Made by a program: the position numbers and the translations under genes
The notes under the pieces: generated by a model
What the model was told of the DNA's origin: nothing
Seen by the model: the letters and a program-made list of their open reading frames with translations, nothing else
Databases searched by the model: none
Part shown: one piece after another, positions 41,895 through 51,919 of the stretch
Numbering within the stretch: position 1 is the first letter of the stretch
Layout: each line of letters opens with the position of its first letter
Origin: Hypanus sabinus
Lineage: Eukaryota
Length of the DNA: 64,000 nucleotides
Direction of reading: 5' to 3'
Assembly (NCBI RefSeq): GCF_030144855.1
Contig: NC_082710.1
Location: 21,576,001 to 21,640,000 of the forward strand

Positions 41895-43240
41895 ACTCTC
41901 CAACAATTTGTACTGATTTTTAACAATGTACCGTAGAAACCATTGTATCTGGATGCATAATAACTTGGTATGGCAACTGTTCTACATGTGACTGCAAAAG
42001 CTGCAGAGTTATGGACACAGTTCAGCACATCAAAGCAACCAGCCTCCCATCTCTGGATTCTGTCTCTACTTCACACTTCTTCAGTAAAGCAGCCAGCACA
42101 ATCAAAGACCCAACCCACCCAAGGCAATCTTTGCAACACACGCAAAATGCTGGAGGAACTCAGCAGGCCAGGCAGCATACATGGAAAAGAGTACAGTCAA
42201 TCTTTCGGGTTAAGATTCTTAAGCTGGACTGGAGAAAAAAAGATGAGCAAGCGGAGACAGAAGGTGGGGGGAGGAGAGGGAGAAACCCAAGATGATAGGT
42301 GAAAGTGAGATGGGAAATGGTGAAGAGGGGCAGGCATTACCGGAAGTTCAAAAACTTGCCAGCAGGTTGGGGGCTATCTAGACAGAATATACGGTGTTCC
42401 TTTCCAATATGTCCATCGCCTGCTTCCTTTACTGTCGTGATAAGGTCACACTCAGGTTGGAGGAGCAACAACTTATATTCTGACTTGGTAACCTCCAACC
42501 TAATGGCGTGAACATCAATTTCTCAAACTTCTGGGAATTCCCACCTATCCCCACCATACCCCATCCCCTTTTCCCTCTCTCACTTTATCTCCTTGCCTGC
42601 CCATCACCTCACTCTGGTGTTCCACTTTTCTTTCTTCCATAGCTTTCTGTCCTCTCCTATTAGATATCCCCCTCTCCAGCCCTGTATATATCTCTCACCA
42701 ATCAACTTCCCAGCTCTTTACTTCACCACTCCCCTTCCCCCACCTTCTAACTCTGCCTGCTCATCTTTTTTTCTCCAGTCCGGCTAAAGGGTCTCAACTC
42801 GAAACATCAACTGTACTCTTTTCCATAGATGCTGCCTGGCCTCCTGAGTTCCTCCGGCATCTTGTGTATGTTGCTTGGATTGCCAGCATCTGCAGATTTT
42901 CTCTTGTAACTATACAATCTTTCCTCTTACCTTCTCCCATTTGGCAGATGATGCAAAATCCTGAAAGCACATAGGCTCAAGTACAGCTTCTATCCCACGG
43001 TTATCACTCTCTTGAACGAACCTCTTGTTTAATAAGATGGACTCTTGGTCTCAGTCTAGATCTCACACTTTTCTTGCACTGCACTATTTCGATAGCTTTT
43101 GAACTTTATTCTTCATTGTAATTGTTTTACCTCATTCCAGCTCAATGCACTGTGCAATGATTTGATCTGTATGACAGTACGCAAGACAAGCCTTTCACTG
43201 CATTTTGGTATATGCGACAATAATAACTCAATACCAACTC
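41895..43240 (+). mobile_element. Rex1/Babar 3' fragment interrupted by a Penelope element
   Basis: CITTWYGNC, KLQRV and KAASTIKDPTHP motifs; the sequence resumes after 42922. Confidence 0.75.
42133..42914 (+). mobile_element. Penelope-like retroelement 3' fragment (GIY-YIG C-terminus, 3' pLTR) with inverted 5' pLTR
   Basis: 42439-42534 translates as DKVTLRLEEQQLIF*LGNLQPNGVNINFSNF (PLE GIY-YIG C-terminal motif). pLTR copies sit in inverted orientation at both ends. 8-bp direct repeat caatcttt at 42125-42132 and 42915-42922. Confidence 0.85.
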
Positions 43241-45567
43241 CAGTTTCATATCACATCGAGGGAGGTGGGTATTAAGCACATTATGCCCCTGCTTGTCCAA
43301 AAGAAGAGCTCCCAGACTTATGCCCAGCCTCTTGCACTTGCTTAAAAGTATTCACTTAAAATTTTTTTAACTGTAGAGGGTTTCAGCTCTACCACCTTTT
43401 CAGGCATTAACCTGCATTTCCTAGCTCCATTTGGGTGAAAACAATTTCCCATTCTTACTGCCAATCCTTCTACTAATAAATATACCGTAATTGAGGCTCC
43501 TTTCAGTCACTTTTCCAAAGAAAATAATTTCAGCTCAATCTTTTTGTATTCCTGCCATTAATGTCTTGTTCATCTTCCCCAATCTTTTTTAAAAGTTGGG
43601 GAATCACTGAAACATCCATTGTAGCTCTGCTCTTATATTCCATCATTCTGCTAATTAAGACCATAAGACAAAGGAGCAGGTCGGCCATTCAGCCCATCGA
43701 GTCTGCTCCGCCATTTCATCATGAGCTGATCCAATCTCCCCTTTAGTCCCATTCCCCCGCTTTCTCACCATCACCTTTAATGCCTTGACTACTCAGATAC
43801 CTATCAACCTCTGCCTGAAATACACCCAATGACTTAGCCTCCACTGCCACCCGTGGCAACAAATTCCATAGATTCACCACCTTCTGGCTAAAAAAAAAAT
43901 TTTCACATCTCTGTTCTGAATGGGCGCCTTGCAATCCTCAAGTCATGTCCTCTCATACTAGACTCCCCCACCATGGGAAACAACTTTGCCACATCCACTC
44001 TCCATGGCTTTCAACAATTAAAATGTTTCTATGAGGTCCCCCCCCCCATTCTTCTAAACTCCAAGGAGTACAGTCCAAGAGCAGTCAAACTTTCCTCATA
44101 TGTTAACCCTTTCATTCTCAGAAACATTCTAGTGAATCTTCTCTGAACCCTCTCCAATGTCAGCACATCCTTTCTTAAATAAGGAGCCCAAAACTGCACA
44201 CAGTATTCCAAGTGAGGTCTTACCAGTGCCTTATAGAGCCTCAACATCACATCCCTGCTCCTATACTCTATTCCTCCAGAAATGAATGTCAATATTGCAT
44301 TCGTCTTCTTCACCATTGACTCAACCTGGAGGTTAACCTTAAGGATATCCTGCTTGAGGACTTCCAAGACCCGTTGCATCTCAGAACTTTGAATCCTCTC
44401 CCTATTTAAATAATAGTCTGCCCGTTTATTTCGTCTACCAAAGTGCATGACCGTACACTTTCCAACACTGTAATTCACTTGCAACTTCTTTGCCCATTCT
44501 CCCAATCTATCCAAGTCTCTCTGCAGAATCTGTTTCCTCAGCACCACCAGTCCCTCCACCTATCTGTGCATCATCTGCAAACTTAGCCACAAAGCCATCT
44601 ATTCCATAATCCAAATCATTGATATACAACGTAAAAAGAAGCGGCCCCAACACAGACCCCTGTGGAACACCACTGGTAACCGGCAGCCAGCCAGAATGGG
44701 ATCCCCTTATTCCCACTCTGTTTCCTGCAAATCAACCAACGCTGTATCCACATATGTAACTTTCCTGTAATTCCATGGGCTCTTATCTTGTTTAACAGCC
44801 TCATGTGCAGCAACTTGTCAAAGGCCTTCTGAAAATTCAGATACACAACACCCACTGCATCTCCCTTGTCTAGCCTACTTGTAATTTCCTCAAAAAATTG
44901 CACTAGGTTTGTCAGGCAGGATCGTCCTTTAAGGAAACCATGCTGAGTTCTGCCTATCTTGTCATATGCCTCCAGGTACTGCATAACCTCATCCTTGACA
45001 ATCGACTCCAACAACTTCCAAACCACCGATGCCAAGCTAACAGGTCTATAATTTCCTTTTTGCTTCCTTGTCCCCATTTTGAATAGCAGAGTGACATTTG
45101 CAATCTTCCAGTCCTCTGGAACCAGGCCAGAAGCTATCGACTTTTAAAAGATCATTGCTAATGCCTCCGCAATCTCCACTGCTACTTCCTTCAGAACACA
45201 AGGGTGCATTTCATCTGGTCCAGGAAATTTATCTACCCTTAGACTATTCAGCTTCCTGAGTACTTTCTCTGTTGTAATTGTGACTGCGCATATTTCTCTT
45301 CCCTGACACCCTTGAATGTCCGGTATATTGCTGATGTCTTCCTCAGTGAAGACTGATGCAAAACACTCGTTCAGTTCCTCTGCCATCTCCTTATCTCCCA
45401 TTACAATTTCTCCAACATAATTTTCTATCGGTCCTATATCTACTCTCATCTGTCTTTTACTCTTTATATACTTGAAAAAACTTCTAGTATCCTCTTTGAT
45501 ATTATTTGCTAGCTTCTTTTCATAATTCATCTTTTCCTTCTTAATGACCTTCTTAGTTTCCTTTTGT

Positions 45568-47978
45568 TTCCTTCCTTCGGGCAGGTGGGGCTCGTTAGTC
45601 CTGGTCAACTGCCCACCTAGGAGAAGGGAGACTCTGATTTCAAAACCTCCGCTGCCTTGCGGCCACACCCAATCATGAAAAAGGCTATGGGAGTAAACCC
45701 TTAGAAGAAATCTGGAGCCAGAGTCCTGTAGGTGGTCAACAGGGAGGACTTCATCAATCTATAATCCAGCAACTCCTGCAGCCGAAGAGGCCGCCATGTG
45801 TGATGATCTTCGTGCCAGTGGATCCTGACCTCCGAGGCCGAGAGAGTAGGACTGTCTCTGTGCTAAGGCTTTTTTACTATAATATCTTTCACGCACAGGT
45901 CCTTGTGTTGTGCATCTTCGTCTTCTTTCTCTCTTCAAAAAATCCCTACGGTGATGGGAGAGCAGTGAACCAACAGGTGGAGGTGACCACTGAGTTGCAG
46001 TTGCAAACCTGCACGTCAGCAGCCCTTGGACAGATGGTTGTTCTCCTCTGAACCCAGGGCAGTAGGGGAGTCTGGCAGCATCCAGGGTGACTGGGCAGCC
46101 CTTTTTAGGACAGCGCTATCCACCCTGTAATCAGGGAGAGGCCTAGAAAAGGTGGCCTAAACATCGCCTGCCCTAGATCATCGGGCCAGTTAACCGCGAC
46201 TGACGGATCATCCAATCATTGCGGTCTTAATCAAAATCAAAAGAAAAAGATTCTCTGTATAGGAGCATGGAACATTCACACCTTAAATGGATAGGGAAAA
46301 CACTGCAAGACCTGAAAGGAGAACAGCTCTCATTGGTAAAGAACTTGCTCGCTACAACATTGACATTGCAGTGCTGAGCGAAACCAGGTTTGCAGATGAG
46401 GGATCCATCACTGAGCTTGCCTGCGGCTGCGACTTCTTCTGGAGAGGAAGGGCACAGAACGAAGACAGGATCCACGGAGTGGGCTTCACTATAAGGAGTA
46501 CCCTGATGAAACAGCTCCCCGACCTGCCTGTCGGCACCAGCGAAAGACTGATGAAGCTACATCTGCGCCTCAGCCAAAACCGACATGCAACTATCATTAG
46601 TGCCTATACCCCCACCCTGACCAGCCCTACTGAAACCACAGAGCAGTCTTACGCCGACCTTGACTCCATCCTGCGCTCAGTGCCGGCCAGTGATAAGCTG
46701 ATCTTGCTGGAAGACTTCAATGCCCAAGTCGGCCAAGACCATGATCAGTGGAGTGGAGTGCTTGTCAGACACAGAGTCGGGAAGATGAACTGCAATGGCC
46801 TTCTGCTTCTCAGCAAATGTGAAGAGCATGATCTCACTATCATGAACACAGTGTTCAGAATGGCCAACAAATTCAAGACAACATGGATGCACCCTAGATC
46901 CAAACAATGGCATCTGATCAATTATGTCATTGTGCATCAACGTGACATCCGAGACATAGTCGTTACACAAGCCATGCGAGGAGCAGAGTGTTGGACAGAC
47001 CACAGACTCCTCCGCACCACCCTCAAGCTACACATCGTTCAATCTCACAAAAAGCATCCAAAGGCAGTACAGCCATCTTTTAACACCTCCAAACTTCAGC
47101 ATCCTTCGTGTCTACGCGAATTTCAAAATACTCTTAAACAGAAACTATCAACAAACCAGCCACTCACAGGTAACCCAATCCAGAAATGGAGCCACTTCAA
47201 AAATGCCATAACTGAAATGGCAAAATCAACCCTAGGTCGCAGAAAGCACACCCACCAAGATTGGTTCAATGAGAATAGTACCACCATCGATGACCTACTC
47301 ACCAAGAAGAACAAGGCATTCAAAGAATGGCAGGATGACCCGAGCTCTACCTGCAAAAAGGACAGATTCAAGTCCTATCAGGCACTCGCTCTAAGGGAAA
47401 TCCGTATAATGCGTGACACATGGTGGAATAAAAAGGCGGATGAGGTTCAGCACTATGCTGACACAAACAACACCAAGCAGTTCTTCAACGCCATCAAGTC
47501 TGTCTTTGGTCCCTCAAAGTCAAGCATAGCTCCTCTGTTTTCTGCAGATGGATCCTCGCTTATCAAGGACAAAGAGGGCATCAACATCAGATGGAAGGAA
47601 CACTTCAGTCAGCTCTTGAACCGCCCCTCTACTGTCAACCAGTCAGTACTCGACCAGATTCCCCAGAGCCCAGTCCATGAGCAGCTCAACAACCTTCAGC
47701 CCCGCGATCTCGAACACACTGCTGCTGATCGGTCCAAGTAGCGCAATCTATGCTCCAAGGCAGCAAACAACTTCCAAGCCAACTAGCGTCTGCAGCGCCT
47801 CGAGGTGAGCCAAGAAAGACACAGGAAGGCATATGCTCCTGCCCCAACAGGTGGTGTTCCTTGCCCCATCTGCAACCGTATCTGCGCTTCGGACTTCGGC
47901 CTCAGAAGTCATATGCATGCCCACAGACGTTAACTGCGCAACACATTCCTCTTCCTCGGACTTCAAGAGACTACTACC
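45568..47978 (+). mobile_element. RTE-clade LINE with 5' UTR and 3' tail, RT domain deleted
   Basis: 13-bp TSD agtttccttttgt (45555-45567) / agtttctttttgt (47979-47991); ctactac tail; endonuclease ORF and C2H2 finger present. Confidence 0.93.
46287..47933 (+). pseudogene. RTE ORF: APE-type endonuclease fused in frame to the C-terminal C2H2 zinc finger (no RT)
   Basis: 484-codon open frame (RPERRTALI.KELARYNIDI..LSETR, AYTPT, DFNA, TWMHPRSKQWH, WTDHR). After two TAG stops the same frame reads CPICNRICASDFGLRSHMHAH, ending TAA at 47933. The upstream WNIHTL is frameshifted. Confidence 0.88.
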
Positions 47979-49749
47979 AGTTTCTTTTTGTAAGCTTTTA
48001 AAAACTTCCCATTCCTCTGTTTTCCCACTAATTTTTGCTTCCTTGTATGTCCACTGCTTTGCTTTTACTTTGGCTTTGACTTCTTTTGTCAGCCACAGCT
48101 GCATCCTTTTTCCATTCGAAAATCTCTTCTTCTTTGGAATATATCTGTCTTGCACCTTCCTCACTTCTCGCACAAACTCCAGCCACTGCTGCTCTGCCGT
48201 CCTTCCCGCTAGTGTCCCTTTCCAGTCAACCTTGGCCTATTTAAAGATTACAAATTATGATTGTCCAAGTTAATAAACAATAACACAAGCAAATGACAGA
48301 GGTATTTATTACAATTTGTGAGCTTTGCCAAAACTGTATTAATTATGCTAAATTGCCACCTTACCTAAAAGGCCAAGAAGAAAGCAGTTTATAATTAACC
48401 TCACTATTGAGGGTGCAGTTGTTAGATATTGTATCAGGAATTGCAGAGGTCTGGACCAGCTTGTTCAGTTTTAATCACAGCTCATGACCTCTCATTACAG
48501 AGAGCAAGAAAATTAAGATATGGAGCAGTTAAAAAGTTAACCATCTCAGAAAGCCCAGAGTTATTGTCAAGCTCATTAATTTGCTTGGTGTAAACATGAA
48601 CACAGAATTGTAGTGCTATGATTTTCAATATAATAATATTTGTTAAATTACTTGAAACTTCCAGTTTGCAAAACATATTAAGGCCCCTCATGGAAATATT
48701 ATTAAATAGATTTTGACATCAAGCTGCTTGAGGAGATATTACAGTGCATGACTAAAACATAGATGAAGAAATTGGTTTAAGGAGTGTCTTCAAAGAAATA
48801 AAGAGTAAAAAGAAAGATGGTGAACTTCAGAATGTGATTGACAATGATATGGTAATTTAATAATTTCCAGGATTGGAAGAGTTGAGAGGACTGCATAGCT
48901 GAAGGAGATCAAAGAGACCAAAGGAAACAAACTACTGAAAAGATTACAGGAGAAACAAAAAGAGAAGGAACTCAGGGGAATATCAGAATCTGATGAAGAA
49001 TGTCAAAAGGTACATTCAATATTAGTGTAGCTAACATTAAATTCAATGTTAAAGAGCATAAAAGGTCAAATATGTTAAAAACTTAATTTTAAGTGACAGT
49101 GAAATTAGAGATAAAATAGTCAAAACATTAAATGAGTACCTAGCCACAAGGATAATACAACATGCTTATTACATTTCCATAGTTCCATAAATTTTCAAAT
49201 AAATTCCTGATGCAATAACTAACAAGATTATTCTTTTGACCAGGACAATTATTGGCATCAATGACCTTGCATCAAAAGGTAACAGAATCTGTAAATGACA
49301 GACCTAAATGGTAACCACACACTGCATCTTAAAATCAATGAATAGATCACTCTTATGCAGTTACGTCTAAAATTGATTTAAAGCTGCTTTACAAGTTTTG
49401 ACATTCTTTGCGACTTTCCCTTTTTATCTCCACAGTTGTCATTATTAAAACTTCAAAATGCTTTGATACAATAGAAGCAAAATTCACTTTCTTAGTGCAT
49501 GCATGTTTATTTCTGCTTGAATAATCAATGTTAATGGATTGAATCCTGAAGATTTTGCCAGTGTAGAAATTCCAATTAAAAGCACTAACTTTCAGTCCTA
49601 GCGCCTGGATTTCTTTCCCTGCACCATCCAATGTAGAAATATGAGACTTATTAGCAGAACCAGAAGGTCTGGGTTATTATTACCAATAAGGTGTTGCACA
49701 AGGTTGGGCCTGATGGATTTAAAGCACTAACTCAAAATATAATTTAACC

Positions 49750-50278
49750 TTAAGGGGATCCTGCACAAGGACTGCCAAGTCCCTTTACACCTCTGATTTT
49801 TGAATTTTCTCCCCATTTTCAATTTTTCCCCTTTATTCCTACCAAAGTACATAGCCATACAGTTCCCTACACTATATTCCAACTGCTAATTTCTTTACCC
49901 ATGCTCTCAATCTAAGTCCTTCTGCAAACTCCCTGCTTCATCAACAACACCTGCTCCTCCACCTATTTACGCATCATCTGCAAATTTGCACCAATTCCAT
50001 CATCTAAATCATTGACATATAATGTGAAAAGAAGTCGCTCCAACACTGATCCCTATGGAACACCACAAGTGACTGGCAGCCAACCAGCCACCTTTATTCC
50101 CACTCACTGCTTCCTGCCAGTCAGCCAATCTTCTATCCATGCTAGTTTAAGCCGTTTAAATGGTTCCGCGCATACTAGATGGGCCGAATGGCCTGTTTCT
50201 GAGCTGTACCTTAATAATATTCTATCACTAGTATCTTTCCATTAATACCACGGGCTCTTATCTTGTAAAGCAGCCTTT
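49750..50278 (-). mobile_element. CR1 RT fragment containing a short plus-strand CR1 tail (~50147-50210)
   Basis: Homologous to 44340-44800 (GVP.GSVL, KFADD). Confidence 0.8.
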
Positions 50279-51326
50279 AAATTCAAAACTTTAAATTGAA
50301 TGTTTTTGACATGAATGAAATTTAATATTAAAAAAAGAAATCATAAAGTTAAAATTGTTAACACGCTGATATACATTAAATAACTTAAACTTTCATAATA
50401 AAGTGTTGCTTACCTTTTTTAAATAATTTCACTGTACTTATGAAACTACATATATATGAACTACATATACCTGTTTATGAAACAGACAGAACTCTCAGTC
50501 TGTTCTCAGAGCAAGAGTTCTGTTTCATAAATAGCTAAAAACGTTGAATTTTGCACTGCCTGGTTGGACTCCAGAAATTACGCTCGCGGCCGTGATTTTC
50601 TACAACATGTTTCCAGTGGCATTATGCATAGGAAGCCAAGAACATTAATAAAACTTCTGACAACCCAATCATAATTTGGATATAATGTCTGAAACTTCTT
50701 CGAATTCTTCCCGTCTTTCAGGTAATGCATCAATGCTTTCGTTTCGTACCATCTCTACTCCTTTTGAAGTTGCTTTTTTATTTCAACATATCAAAAATTA
50801 CATCAGGCTACTCCAGGTAGTTTGCAAATTAGTGGACAGCCTGTTGGCAGAAATAGCCCATGGTGTCCAGCACATGCAACTTCATTTATGTCCTTCAATG
50901 TAATACATTAATATATGGACTGAAAATTTTAATAACTTTTTGTTGAGGATTAGCACTTATTGCTTTTATTATTCTGCTAGCCTTAAAGCTTCATCTTAAA
51001 CTTGTCTAATAGGTTAAAACTGACCTTATCAGTCAATACAACTGCCTTCCCACTGTCATTAATTTTGGCAAGATGAAAATTGTGCAATTAAGTTATTTTA
51101 TTGTAACACAAAATAGCAATTGCACAAGATAAATTCAGGGGAAAATGTACACTTTAATTCAACGTACCGATTGGAAGCTTTCAGATAATCAGATGTGCAG
51201 GAAAAATTGCTGATTTCAAGGCTGAGAACCAATTTACTGATGGTCAGTAATGCTACTTGTTGATTTATCCTTCTCTGTCTACCACTGAATAAATTCCCAT
51301 CAAATAAAATCCTTAAAGTGAGGATA

Positions 51327-51651
51327 CAGATCCTGCACAGCTTATGAATGCCTGACTTATGGACACCCCAAATATATGAACAAACATTTGGAAGACAGCA
51401 GAATGGATGGGGCTGCAGGCATCTTCTGCCAGGTGCAAATGAGGCATTTCCACATTCCCACCACCCACTAATAGATAGGAGGCTGGGTCGATCCAAGAAG
51501 AGCTGGAATGCTCAGCAGACTCACTCACTTACTGAGTCAGTGAGGCTAGCTGGCAGCTTACTTCCTGTGCCTGCTCACTCTTCCATCTGCTCATTCCCGA
51601 CTTATGAATGATTCTAAGCAATGGAACCCTGTGTTAGGCTGAGTTAACCTG
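51327..51651. mobile_element. Tigger/pogo-type MITE remnant
   Basis: Starts TA|CAG..cttatgaatgcctgacttatg and ends cgacttatgaatg..ggaaccc..cctg, the subterminal pattern of Tigger-derived MITEs. Confidence 0.55.
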
Positions 51652-51786
51652 TTGAGTTTGGCTGCAGATAGAGAAATGTTAAAGGCAGCAGATTTTTCAT
51701 TCATGATTTGTAGTCTTAAATTGGCTTAAATCTTATTAATTGGATCAAGGATGCTTCCAAATGCAAAGCAACAATGAAAATGCATT

Positions 51787-51919
51787 CATGAGGATATCTG
51801 CAGATGCTGGGAATTCAAGCAACACACACAAAATGCTGGTGGAATACAGCAGGTCAGGCAGCATCTACAGGGAGAAACGCTGTTGACGTTACAGGCCGAG
51901 ACCCTTCGTCAGGACTCGT
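51787..51919 (-). mobile_element. 133-bp Penelope pLTR mini-insertion with 15-bp TSD
   Basis: Flanked by caatgaaaatgcatt (51772-51786) and caatgaaagtgcatt (51920-51934). Hammerhead-like motif at 51880-51917 with an intact CTGACGA box. Confidence 0.8.

Larger units (their letters stand above)
43656..48237 (-). mobile_element. CR1 LINE (5'-truncated, decayed ORF2), split by an RTE insertion
   Basis: ORFs contain [33 protein letters not shown] and YKALVRPHLEYC. The reading frame ...QKET is present on both sides of the insertion. Confidence 0.95.

Noticed and set aside
50670-50770. Minus-strand peptide MVRNESIDALPERREEFEEVSDIISKL* as a terminal exon
   Set aside because: In-frame stop just upstream, no pyrimidine-rich acceptor, and the peptide is not recognised.
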